This document shows, piece after piece, positions 18,384 through 28,079 of a DNA stretch of 64,000 bases. The notes under the pieces were generated by a model. It had not been told where the DNA came from and did no database searches. It was given only the letters and a program-made list of their open reading frames with translations. Source of the stretch: Candidatus Heimdallarchaeota archaeon (GTDB taxonomy: Archaea > Asgardarchaeota > Heimdallarchaeia > JABLTI01); contig JABCTZ010000026.1 in NCBI GenBank assembly GCA_018238155.1, forward strand, positions 1 to 64,000, in the 5' to 3' direction. Both the position numbers and the translations under genes were made by a program. The stretch's first letter is position 1. The number at the start of each line of letters is the position of its first letter.

Positions 18384-18986
18384 TTATCGACGATTATAAT
18401 TATTTCTAATTATACAACCATTACTTTCTAAATTACTCAAAATCATCTTCATAGATTTTCTTATGGTTGATCTAAAATCCATATGAATTTCTTCCAAAAG
18501 TTGTAGTTCTAATATTTCAAATGGTAAGGAATGAATACTATTAGATTGTAGAAATAAACGTCTCAGAATGGTTAAACTACCAATTGCACTTGGAAGCGAA
18601 TACAATTGATTATTATTTAGTCGGAGTTCTCTTAAATTCTCTAAATCGCCAATCCATTTCGGAATTTCAGCTAATTGATTAAAACTCATGTCTAAAATTG
18701 ATAATTTGGTCAATTTTTGAATTACATCAGGCACTCTTTTATAATCGTTATTTGCTAGATTTAAAACAATAATCTCTTTTAGTTTAACAAGCTCTTCTGG
18801 AAGATAATCTAAATACAAAGCATTTAGTGATAATGTAATAACATCACCTTCACTTTCAACAAAGTACACTTTTTTATTTGTTGGGAATTCCGTTTCAAGT
18901 GGGATCTCATGTCTTATTATCTCGCTTAAATTGATTAAAATTTGTAGTTGATCTTTTTTGAGAGGACTTGCCAATTTTATTTTCAT
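18384..18986 (-). CDS. Leucine-rich repeat protein
   Basis: LxxLxLxxNxLxxLPxxIGxL repeats. Confidence 0.85.
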   Translation of the reverse strand: MKIKLASPLKKDQLQILINLSEIIRHEIPLETEFPTNKKVYFVESEGDVITLSLNALYLDYLPEELVKLKEIIVLNLANNDYKRVPDVIQKLTKLSILDMSFNQLAEIPKWIGDLENLRELRLNNNQLYSLPSAIGSLTILRRLFLQSNSIHSLPFEILELQLLEEIHMDFRSTIRKSMKMILSNLESNGCIIRNNYNRR

Positions 18987-19097
18987 CGCCTATTCTTCTT
19001 GTAAACCATTAACTAAGTCTTACTTTGCTTTTTTAAGCATCTTGTTATAATTTCAAAACAAAGAACAATTACTGATTTATTCTTAAAAAAATATTCT

Positions 19098-19115
19098 GAG
19101 GAGAAAAAACTCCTC
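19098..19115 (-). terminator. Hairpin closing the longin-Arf-7TM operon
   Basis: GAGGAG-AAAAAA-CTCCTC inverted repeat right after the 7TM stop codon, with a T-run further downstream on the minus strand. Confidence 0.45.
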
Positions 19116-19117
19116 TA

Positions 19118-19936
19118 CTAACTTTTAGAATCAACAATTAGTTTCTGTTCAAACCAAGTCTTCTTTCTGACTCTCTTACGGAACCAATCTGGGAGAAGCC
19201 ACCCAATATACATCATAATATAGGCAGTTAATAGTATCAAACTTCTAAACACCCATAGAGAGAAAGATAAAGCACCACTTTGTAGTTGTAAAGCGTAAAA
19301 AATACCACCCATCATTCCTCCTAGAAAGTAAACCAATAACCCATAGCCAATCATTTGTAATCCTCTTTTTCTAGTGATCTCATTTGTTCGTTTGGCTATA
19401 ATGAATGAACGAATGATAATTCTCAAAAAGATTATTGACTGAAGAACTACTTGAATAACTGTTAGTATTGGTACAAATGAAATATTCTGAAGATCAGCAG
19501 TAAAATCCGTTAAACGCGTTGCCCAAAGAAATCCAGGAATCAAAACATCAACTACAGTTATTGTTAGAAAAACTGCCCAAACTGCTACAATAAAGAAAAA
19601 AGTAACTAATTTAGTAACTTCAGCATCTTTTAGCAGATGTCTGCAAGAGAAAATGTACAAAAAAGATACTGCAGCTAATGCAGTTGTTGTTGCTATTGAA
19701 AGAAAAATTAAAGTAGCGTTATGCTCTTTCAATCCCAAAAGCTGTAATTGATAACTCATGGTAATGGAAAATCTAGAGATAAAAAAGACTATATAAATAA
19801 TCGCAAGCAAAAGTGTTCCTGTTGTTTGCTTTTTTCGGAAATTATTAAGAAGAGCAATAACCAATGTGAAAATAACCGAAGTAAGGATCCAAGAGACAAT
19901 TACATAAATCAATGAAATTGGATCAGCTATTACCAA
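19118..19936 (-). CDS. Seven-transmembrane protein
   Basis: Seven hydrophobic segments, basic cytoplasmic loops and a GWLLPDWFRKR tail. TTG start 1 nt after the GTPase stop, with GGAGGT SD. Confidence 0.7.
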   Translation of the reverse strand: MVIADPISLIYVIVSWILTSVIFTLVIALLNNFRKKQTTGTLLLAIIYIVFFISRFSITMSYQLQLLGLKEHNATLIFLSIATTTALAAVSFLYIFSCRHLLKDAEVTKLVTFFFIVAVWAVFLTITVVDVLIPGFLWATRLTDFTADLQNISFVPILTVIQVVLQSIIFLRIIIRSFIIAKRTNEITRKRGLQMIGYGLLVYFLGGMMGGIFYALQLQSGALSFSLWVFRSLILLTAYIMMYIGWLLPDWFRKRVRKKTWFEQKLIVDSKS

Positions 19937-19937
19937 A

Positions 19938-20474
19938 TCAGCTAACCTCCTTTAGAGATTCTACGAACCACTTGAAAGCTTCATAGATGTTTTCACCTGT
20001 CTTTGCAGAGGTTTCATAGCAGGCCCATTGATAATGTATATCAAGCAAGCCAAATTCTTTAATGAACCTATTTCGTTCTAAACCATCTTGTATATCACTT
20101 TTATGTAAAAGAACAAGTATTTTTATATCCTTGTGTAATTGAGATTTAAGCACATTATGAAAGACATTGTATGATTCTTCAAAACGCATTACATCAGTCT
20201 TATCCACTACATAGACAATACCATCAGATTTTTCGTTTACTTCTGACCAGAGCTGCCTAAAATCCTCTTGTCCACCCAAATCGAAAACATTTATCTCAAT
20301 TTTTCCGGAATGTATAGATTCACCTCTATTGATACCCATTGTTGGTTGTGTTTTAACGAATTCTCCAGTTTCCAAGAATTTAACAATGGTAGTTTTCCCG
20401 GCATTGTCTAAACCACAGATTGTGACATCAACTTCTCTGTTCTTGCTTTTAAAAAGATTAAATAAAAATGACAA
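19938..20474 (-). CDS. Arf/Arl/Sar-family small GTPase
   Basis: Amphipathic N-helix MSFLFNLFKSK, G1 GLDNAGKT, G2 PTMG, G3 DLGGQ, G4 HKSD, G5 TSAKTG. Confidence 0.92.
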   Translation of the reverse strand: MSFLFNLFKSKNREVDVTICGLDNAGKTTIVKFLETGEFVKTQPTMGINRGESIHSGKIEINVFDLGGQEDFRQLWSEVNEKSDGIVYVVDKTDVMRFEESYNVFHNVLKSQLHKDIKILVLLHKSDIQDGLERNRFIKEFGLLDIHYQWACYETSAKTGENIYEAFKWFVESLKEVS

Positions 20475-20493
20475 GGTACGAGTCTCCTTCTAG

Positions 20494-21003
20494 TTATCTC
20501 CAAAGATCATCAGAAAAGGCTTTTGATTCATCAACAACCTTTTTTTCCTTCTCATCAGAGAAGTCAATTGAGAGAGAAGTTGTGGAACTAATCTTAATGT
20601 TAATTCTACCTTTACTAAATCCATCATATAGATTTGGAAGTATTTCCTTCATAATCTCCATTCGAAGAAAAGCTTTCCCTTCAAGCTCATTTACAATCAC
20701 CGAGAAGAGCTTTCTTATTCCATCTATATCATAATTCATATTTGGAAAAATAGCAACTATAGTTCCGATGTTATCTCTCCCTTTCTCTTGAGGGAGCTTA
20801 AAAACGTAACTTGAATAATAGAAATTACCAATACCTGCAGAAGAAAAATCGCCTGATTTTGCTCCCATTGGCATGCTTTTATAGGTTATCTCACTTAGAA
20901 CTTCATCTGGTAAAACTTTGGGATGAGTCTCAACAAGTTCTAATCCTTTTTTACCCATTTGAACTAAACATAAACTTAACGGTTTGATAATTACAACCAC
21001 CAT
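20494..21003 (-). CDS. Longin/uDENN-like domain protein
   Basis: Pattern SLCLVQM-GKKG-LELVETHP-helix-SMPMG-three strands-two helices fits the longin topology. Confidence 0.55.
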   Translation of the reverse strand: MVVVIIKPLSLCLVQMGKKGLELVETHPKVLPDEVLSEITYKSMPMGAKSGDFSSAGIGNFYYSSYVFKLPQEKGRDNIGTIVAIFPNMNYDIDGIRKLFSVIVNELEGKAFLRMEIMKEILPNLYDGFSKGRINIKISSTTSLSIDFSDEKEKKVVDESKAFSDDLWR

Positions 21004-21141
21004 CTTTTAATTCTAAATTAATTAAAACATCGAATAATCCAATATAAAGATTATTTTTGCGACATAAAGCAAATTCTATTTTCGTGAGAAAACTATTGGT
21101 TGTTGTAAAGTCTAAAAATCAAACATTCTAAGTAAATTTTG

Positions 21142-21179
21142 AAAAGAAAAAAAATTGGAACTTAAAATCAGTTCCAATT
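21142..21179 (-). terminator. Hairpin plus U-tract terminator of the SagB-like gene
   Basis: AATTGGAACT-N7-AGTTCCAATT followed by a T-run on the minus strand. Confidence 0.6.
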
Positions 21180-21185
21180 ATTCAG

Positions 21186-21920
21186 TTATTTTTTACCCAA
21201 AGACGCAAGATAGATTACGAATAGTGATTCACCATCTAAATCAACAGCTTCATTGATCTTATCATCATAGAATGCGGCTATTGCACATACACCTGAATCA
21301 ATACTTTCTGCTGCTAAATACAGATTTTGACAAACATGCCCAACATCTAAGTGTAGATATCGATAACTTCTTTCACTATATCTCCATTCTAGACGATATG
21401 GTACAGCTACCCAAATAAAAGTAACATTTCCATCCTTAACCATTTTTTGACCATAAGATGCTTCAACCAGTTTTTCTCCAATTCCTTTATCCATTATATA
21501 TTCAAGCAATTTATGTTCAAGAGCTAAGTATCTATATAACCCTGGTTTTAATCCTTCAACATTGTTAATAAGAATCAATGTTTCAAAAGCATGTCTTGCA
21601 CCTGCGGAAGGAACCGTTCTCAAAGTATATGGTGGATGAGTCTTCTTTACACCTTGCGTAGCCCAAAGTAACCAAGCTAACTCTTCCAAAGTTAGGGGTT
21701 TATCTGCGTACTTTCTAACACTTTTTCTTTCTTCAATTGCTTTTCTCAAATCTATTTCTGGTATTTCAATTTTATCCGGTTTTGGTAAATCAATACTCTT
21801 TTTTGATTTATCATAGTCAAGTTCAAGAGGTGGATGAGATACTCGTTTTCTCTGATCAGATTCAGAAAGATGTTTGTATTTTGTCATTTCCATAAATATA
21901 TGCCCTATATGTTTAACCAA
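21186..21920 (-). CDS. SagB/ThcOx-family dehydrogenase (nitroreductase fold)
   Basis: RKSVRKY, RTVPSAGARH, WRYSERSYRY..LDVGHVCQNLYL. Confidence 0.88.
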   Translation of the reverse strand: MVKHIGHIFMEMTKYKHLSESDQRKRVSHPPLELDYDKSKKSIDLPKPDKIEIPEIDLRKAIEERKSVRKYADKPLTLEELAWLLWATQGVKKTHPPYTLRTVPSAGARHAFETLILINNVEGLKPGLYRYLALEHKLLEYIMDKGIGEKLVEASYGQKMVKDGNVTFIWVAVPYRLEWRYSERSYRYLHLDVGHVCQNLYLAAESIDSGVCAIAAFYDDKINEAVDLDGESLFVIYLASLGKK

Positions 21921-22028
21921 GTTTTATACCTCCAATGGTATCTTAAATAGACATTATAATTAAAAAAAGATTGCTCATTTTCTTTGTGGACAAAAGCATT
22001 AATTAGTCTATTAGTTAGATTTTTTCTT

Positions 22029-22553
22029 ATGACAGAACAGATTATTGTTGAAGAATATAATCCTGATTGGGTTGATAGTTTTTTGCAAGAAAAAGAGAGC
22101 TTGCTTAGTGCTCTTTGTTCTAACATCATTGATCTAGAACACATAGGTAGTACTTCTGTTTTTGATTTGGCGGCTAAGCCAATTATTGACATTCTTATTG
22201 GAGTGAAAACTCTTGATGAAGCAGAAAAATGTATACCTATACTTGAGAAAATGAATTATCAATATGTTCCTGAATTTGAAGATATTTTACCTGAAAGGAG
22301 ATATTTTTGCAAACCATCTCAAGGTGAAGGACACGACATTCATTTGCATATGACTATTCTTGGCAGTGATTTCTGGGAAAGACAATTATTATTCAGAAAT
22401 TATCTTCGTATGCATTCCGATGCTCGAGATAGATACTCAAAATTAAAGAAGAGACTAGCAAAAAAACATCGAAATAATAGAGAAGCATATACAAACGCAA
22501 AAGAAGATTTTATTTTAAAATGCATAGAAAAAGCTAGAGAAGAATTTTCTTAG
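22029..22553 (+). CDS. GrpB-family (UPF0157) protein
   Basis: EHIGSTSV..LAAKPIIDI, FRNYLR, YTNAK. Confidence 0.88.
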   Translation: MTEQIIVEEYNPDWVDSFLQEKESLLSALCSNIIDLEHIGSTSVFDLAAKPIIDILIGVKTLDEAEKCIPILEKMNYQYVPEFEDILPERRYFCKPSQGEGHDIHLHMTILGSDFWERQLLFRNYLRMHSDARDRYSKLKKRLAKKHRNNREAYTNAKEDFILKCIEKAREEFS

Positions 22554-22680
22554 CTTTTTTTTGTTTATCTTGAATCTTTTAATCGGTAAGATTGCTGACC
22601 ATCTATTTCCAAATTTGCAGCATAATCAGCAGAAAGAACTTTACGATTCGTTTGTTTGATTATATCATCGGAGAAAAACT

Positions 22681-22989
22681 AAACAACTTGAAGAAGAAAC
22701 TCAAACAAAAGCTTTTACTAAACCTTCTTTAGATATTAGCTCCTTTAATGAAACAAAATCTCATGAAATTCTTTCAGGTGCTACTTGTGACCTTTCTTTA
22801 GAAATAGGTTTGAAAAAATGGCTTGTTGATTTTAAAGAAGGTAGTTGTGAAATTTGTAAATTGGAATCAAGGGAAGGTCAACAAATTCTTCAGTGCCCTA
22901 AATGTTATGCTTTATTTCATCAAGATCATTTGAGAGCTTGGTTAAATGATTATTAAAGATGCCCCTGGTGTGGCTCAGATACAAATTAG
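22681..22989 (+). pseudogene. RING-finger gene remnant (no start codon, internal TAA at 22954)
   Basis: Translates CEICK...CPKCYALFHQDHLRAWLNDY*RCPWC, the same RING type as 41812 and 43329. Confidence 0.7.
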
Positions 22990-23042
22990 CCATTCATATA
23001 CGAATTTTTTTAATGCTTATCTCTTTTGTAAACTAGATTAAT

Positions 23043-23198
23043 ATGAAATGCCCAAAGTGCCAATCTGAAAAAATTGAAATTAGAATATCTAATCAACAGG
23101 CTCTTGGTAGAACATGCAGTGGGATGGATTTGAGAATCAATCATACTGTTAAACATAAAAGTAACAAATGTATTGATTGCTTATATGAATGGAAATAG
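23043..23198 (+). CDS. Small zinc-ribbon protein (51 aa)
   Basis: Below the ORF-track cutoff. MKCPKCQSEKIE...NKCIDCLYEWK. Confidence 0.6.
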   Translation: MKCPKCQSEKIEIRISNQQALGRTCSGMDLRINHTVKHKSNKCIDCLYEWK

Positions 23199-23252
23199 CT
23201 TTCTTTTTTGAAAACATTTATTTTTAGTTAAAATCTGATAATAATTCTAATT

Positions 23253-24098
23253 TCATTCCAATTCATAAGCTCTCTCCTCATATTCAGTTGCTTTATCGAA
23301 ATCTCCTGATTCTTCATATGCCGAAGCTAAATTGTGAAGAGCCTCAAAATATTTTGAATTGATTTCAACAGCTTTCTCGAAATAGGTAATAGCCTTTTTG
23401 AGGTCACCCATCATTGCATGTGTTACACCTAAATTATTATAGGCTTCATGATAGTTTGGATTTATTTTTATTGACTTTAGAAAATTGTGTAATGCTTCTT
23501 TGAAATTTTTCTGATCTATATGAACTAAACCTATGAAACTAAATGTTTCATGATTCGAGGAATCTATATCAACTGCTTTCTGGAAAAAAGCTAATGCTTT
23601 TTCATGTTCATTAAGCTGTAAATAGGTTCTTCCCAAAGTTATGTATGTAAGAGGGTACTCCGAAGAGAAAAGTAATGCTCTCTGACAAGCATCAATAGTC
23701 CTTTCTGGTTCATTTCTTTCAAAAAAACAGATTCCTAAATTTACCATCGCTTCAAAGTAATCTGGTTTTATCTCCAAAGCATCATTGAAACAAGAAACAG
23801 CAATATCGTATTTACCTAGTTTTGTATAATTTGCTCCTAGATTAACTAATGCTTCTGCATAATCGGGGTTAAGTTCAATTGCCCTTAAGTAACAATCAAT
23901 CCCTTTATCGTGTTTTTCTTGGCAATCATTAGCCAAACCAAGTAAAAACCATGCCCGGCAATTACTAGGTTGTAACAAGATGGCTCTTTCGAAAAATTCA
24001 ATTGCATTTTCAAATTTTCCACTTCTAATACCGGATACTAATCCTAAATGGAGCAATTCTTCTGGATTCTCAATTTCTTTTATTCCACGCTCAACCAA
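23253..24098 (-). CDS. Tetratricopeptide repeat protein
   Basis: Canonical TPRs (AIELNPDYAEALVNLG etc.). Confidence 0.9.
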   Translation of the reverse strand: MVERGIKEIENPEELLHLGLVSGIRSGKFENAIEFFERAILLQPSNCRAWFLLGLANDCQEKHDKGIDCYLRAIELNPDYAEALVNLGANYTKLGKYDIAVSCFNDALEIKPDYFEAMVNLGICFFERNEPERTIDACQRALLFSSEYPLTYITLGRTYLQLNEHEKALAFFQKAVDIDSSNHETFSFIGLVHIDQKNFKEALHNFLKSIKINPNYHEAYNNLGVTHAMMGDLKKAITYFEKAVEINSKYFEALHNLASAYEESGDFDKATEYEERAYELE

Positions 24099-24497
24099 GA
24101 TTTCTCACCGACATTCTATTATTCTTAAATACAAATACTTTTGAAATATATTGTTTTTTTGAGGGGGAAATTCTTTATCCTCCACAAACGATTTTTCCAC
24201 CATTAGAGAGAGATTATTATTCATTTTTTTTAAATTTTTGTACTAGCTAAAAACAAGTGTTACTATATAAGTCATTTACGAAATAGGCAAAAATCACGAC
24301 AAAAATAGTGTTTTTTTGCAAAGAAAAGCTTCTTTTCACAAAAATAATTTATTGTAAAAGTAGCCATTAATAAAAAAAATGATAAAATTGAAAACATATA
24401 AAAGCAATTTTACTCTATACAATCTTGATTATAGTATTAACTTTATTTCGTAAAGTCCAGTACATGGTCTAAATTGAAAAGCATAAAAGGTGAGTTA

Positions 24498-27356
24498 ATG
24501 TCTCTTAGAAATAATTGGAAAATAGCTATATCTTCTCTTAGATCAAATAAGAAATCACTACTACTTACAACTATTGGTTTAACTATTGCTCTATCTGTTT
24601 CTTTTCAAATGATTCTCTTTCTCATTGGTAGCAAAGGAGCTTTATTAGAAACTTTTCTAACAGGAAAATATGAACAAGGATTATTCGGAGGGGTGATTAG
24701 TGATGAAACAATTGCAATTGATATTGGACCTGATTTTGAAGGAGTAGTCTATAAAAATGGATATCCAACAGAAAAATTTGACCAAGATATTGGAGAAGAT
24801 CTTCTTAAAATTGCAACAGATTCTGGTTATAAGGATTTTATTGAAAGTACAAGAGCTTGTTCGATAACAGATGTAACACTGTATTATAGAGATGATATAT
24901 CAGGACCTATGTTAGAGAGGGATATGACACTCATTGGACTTTCCAAAAAAGATATTCAATTCTTAAAGTTTATTTCACCATTAGGTTTTCCGAAATTGAA
25001 TAGTACACATCATCTTATTATCTATACACGATTTCATTCTTCCAACAATATTTTTGTTCCACAAGATTATAAATTCAATATTTCAACTAGTTTAGCTCCA
25101 AGTGAAGTTTATGAAATCACTCTTGCAGGTGGTGTACCAATTGACTTTGACGAGATACATGAAACCTATTTATCAGTATATAATCAATTTTTGAGAAGGT
25201 TGGGGTACTCATTAGTAAAATTGCCTAGTATCATTATGGTATCTACACTAGATGGTGTAGGAGACTTATTAGAGAACATAGGAATTGACGAAGAATCAGT
25301 TCATCAAAAATATTATATCAATATAGATATTGACTACAAACATTATGGAGTATTTTCAGAAGAAAAAGATTATTTGAAAAATTATTCATTTGAACAAGAG
25401 CTAAAAACAAATGTTTTACAATCCATAAATACTAAATTCCCTTATATTTATAATAGAATTAATCACAATTTGCACCTCTTTTATGAAGACTTTAATTATA
25501 TTCAAACGATTATTCTTGTTCTCACTTTCCCCCCAATTGCTATTGCTTTCTTCATGATAAATTTCTCATTCAATATTGTTCGATCCCAAAACGTTCATCA
25601 TATCAATTTGTTAAAAGCAAGAGGTGCAACAAAAAAACAAGTTCTTTATGCTCTGTTATTAGAGATGGGCATTTCAACCACTATTTCATTAATTTTGGGT
25701 TCGTTCTTAGGAACACTGTTATTGCGATTGATTGGAAAAACAAGCGGATTTATGGAGTTTAAGAGTGACTTACCAATTGCAGATTATGGCTATTCTGCAG
25801 TCTTAGGTTTGATATTAATTATTTTAACTTTAGGCGTAATCTTATCACTGATAATAAACCTTCCAAGAATAATTGGTTTAAGTCGATTGAAAGTGAAAAA
25901 TATTGCCGGTGAAGAAGAAAGGAAGAAGAAACCGTTTTGGGAAATATTACGACTTGACAGAATAATTGGCATTTACGCTATCATTAGTGTAATAGTTTAT
26001 TTCTTAGCAATTGCTTATTCTACTGGAGAAAGACAAACTATTTTAATACTTATTTTTGGTGTTACCGCACCTGTTGCAATAGTTGTTGGAGTTAGCTTAC
26101 TCATCAGTCGCATTTTCACTCCGGCAATAAGAAAACTTGGAAATATTTTCTGGGCAAAAGGTGGTGGGACATTTGCTCTTTCATTAAAGAACCTCACACA
26201 TCAAAAAAAGCAAACATCTCGAGCAGTTATTCTAATAATTATAACTCTATCTTTTGGCATTGTAAGTGCGGTTGTCCCATCAACAATCGATTATAATACT
26301 TATCAAAGATGGGATTATGTGATAGGTGCGAATATTGTTGTAAATCATCAATTTGATATAGATGAAGTAATAAGTTATGCAAAAAATATTGATGGTGTTG
26401 CTGGTGTTACTAATATTATAATTCAAAAAGATGCAGATTTAAATTTGGGTTGGGGTCAAACACTTACTACAGTAATCGGTATAGATCCAGATACTTTTCT
26501 GGATGCTGCCTTTATGCAACCTGCAAGATATGGGTTCAATTTACCATTTAAAACATTGCTCAAGAAATTGGAAACTCCAGGGAATATTCTTGTACAGAGA
26601 AATAATATAAGAGATGCAGGTTTACATGTAGGTAATGATTTTCTTTCTGATCAAGGGCATTTCTTTGAAATTGTAGGGAAATTCAAATATTTTCCAAATG
26701 CTGTTATTGGCAAACAATTAGCCTCTTCTGTTTCATCTCAAAAATATATTGTTGGGAGCATAGACACAATAAAACAATTACAAAGTGATTTTGGTTATCC
26801 AAATTATATTCATTCTATTTATATTAAACAAGAAAAAGCAAATACAGGTACAGCAATTGCAGCGAAAATTAAAAATAGGTTTTCGTTGGCAAGTATAACC
26901 GTTACAGAAGATGGTGCTGTAAAAAATCTTGAAATGCCTGCAAGATTAACAATTTATGCTATGCTAAATTCATCCTTTTTAACAACGATGATCTGTACTA
27001 TCGCAGGAATTAGTATCTATTCCCTTCTGATTCTTTTTGATAGATCGAAAGAATTAGCAATTACACGAGCTTTAGGAGCGAAAAATAAAGAGATATATTA
27101 TTCCTTTTTGTATGAAACGTTATTGATCATGGGAATTGGTATTAGTATTGGCTTACCATTGGGTATCACAGTTTCATCTATTATTTCAACCATCATTAAT
27201 AGTAGAAATCAAGTTCCACCAATGACGATAAATGTTCCTTGGTTAGCTTTATTGGTAATTCTGATTTTTGCTTTAATAATTGCAACAATAAGTGCACTGA
27301 TTCCGGCTTATTATTCAACTAAGAAAGAAATAAATGATTTAGCGAGATCAAATTGA
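24498..27356 (+). CDS. FtsX/MacB-type ABC transporter permease
   Basis: Two FtsX-like halves (LLKARGA; ELAITRALGA), large extracellular loops. Confidence 0.85.
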   Translation: MSLRNNWKIAISSLRSNKKSLLLTTIGLTIALSVSFQMILFLIGSKGALLETFLTGKYEQGLFGGVISDETIAIDIGPDFEGVVYKNGYPTEKFDQDIGEDLLKIATDSGYKDFIESTRACSITDVTLYYRDDISGPMLERDMTLIGLSKKDIQFLKFISPLGFPKLNSTHHLIIYTRFHSSNNIFVPQDYKFNISTSLAPSEVYEITLAGGVPIDFDEIHETYLSVYNQFLRRLGYSLVKLPSIIMVSTLDGVGDLLENIGIDEESVHQKYYINIDIDYKHYGVFSEEKDYLKNYSFEQELKTNVLQSINTKFPYIYNRINHNLHLFYEDFNYIQTIILVLTFPPIAIAFFMINFSFNIVRSQNVHHINLLKARGATKKQVLYALLLEMGISTTISLILGSFLGTLLLRLIGKTSGFMEFKSDLPIADYGYSAVLGLILIILTLGVILSLIINLPRIIGLSRLKVKNIAGEEERKKKPFWEILRLDRIIGIYAIISVIVYFLAIAYSTGERQTILILIFGVTAPVAIVVGVSLLISRIFTPAIRKLGNIFWAKGGGTFALSLKNLTHQKKQTSRAVILIIITLSFGIVSAVVPSTIDYNTYQRWDYVIGANIVVNHQFDIDEVISYAKNIDGVAGVTNIIIQKDADLNLGWGQTLTTVIGIDPDTFLDAAFMQPARYGFNLPFKTLLKKLETPGNILVQRNNIRDAGLHVGNDFLSDQGHFFEIVGKFKYFPNAVIGKQLASSVSSQKYIVGSIDTIKQLQSDFGYPNYIHSIYIKQEKANTGTAIAAKIKNRFSLASITVTEDGAVKNLEMPARLTIYAMLNSSFLTTMICTIAGISIYSLLILFDRSKELAITRALGAKNKEIYYSFLYETLLIMGIGISIGLPLGITVSSIISTIINSRNQVPPMTINVPWLALLVILIFALIIATISALIPAYYSTKKEINDLARSN

Positions 27357-27365
27357 GGTGAATGA

Positions 27366-28079
27366 ATGTCCTTTATTGAAGTTGTGGATTTAGTGAAAGT
27401 TTATCGGGACCCTGAAAGCAGACTTCCAATTCCTGCACTTAATGGAATCAATTTTACAATAAAAGAAGGAGAGTTTGTTGGAATATTTGGACCTAGTGGA
27501 GCAGGAAAAACAACTTTACTCTCAATAATAGGCGGTTTGCTTGATCCCACTTCAGGTTATGTTAAAATTGACGGTAAAGAAATTACACAGCTAACTTACA
27601 AGGAATTAGTTACATTTCGAAGAGAGCAAGTAGGGTATCTCTGGCAGCTTCCAGAAGATAATCTTATCAGTGGAAATACCGTTTTACAAAATGTTATGCT
27701 ACCTTTGCAAATTGCAAATAAACCAAGGGAAGAACAAAAGAAAATTGCAAATGAACTACTGGATAGATTAGGGTTATCTCATCGTAAAAATCATCAACCA
27801 AACCAAATTTCCGGTGGAGAAGCTCAAAGAGTTGGTCTCGCAATTGCAATTGCAAATAGACCAAAGTTACTCTTAGGTGACCAAATAACAGGTGAATTGG
27901 ATACTACTTCAAGTATTGAAGTAGTCAACCATTTGAAATCATTTTCAGAAGAATATGGTACAACAATGTTAATTGTTTCACATAAAAGGCAATTCATAGA
28001 AGCTACCGACTATGGATTTGGTTTAGTCGATGGAAAGATATCTACTGTTTTAAATAACTTTCAAGTAGAAGGTGCCTAA
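27366..28079 (+). CDS. ABC ATP-binding protein (LolD-like), Walker B E>Q
   Basis: GPSGAGKT, ISGGEAQR, LLLGDQITGELD, VSH. Confidence 0.9.
   Translation: MSFIEVVDLVKVYRDPESRLPIPALNGINFTIKEGEFVGIFGPSGAGKTTLLSIIGGLLDPTSGYVKIDGKEITQLTYKELVTFRREQVGYLWQLPEDNLISGNTVLQNVMLPLQIANKPREEQKKIANELLDRLGLSHRKNHQPNQISGGEAQRVGLAIAIANRPKLLLGDQITGELDTTSSIEVVNHLKSFSEEYGTTMLIVSHKRQFIEATDYGFGLVDGKISTVLNNFQVEGA

Noticed and set aside
18384-18986. LRR gene as a fourth member of the Arf operon
   Set aside because: Separated by a 131-bp gap containing a hairpin; linkage is possible but unsupported
21186-21920. RiPP (azole peptide) cluster suggested by the SagB-like gene
   Set aside because: No YcaO cyclodehydratase or precursor peptide nearby; stand-alone SagB-like genes are common in archaea
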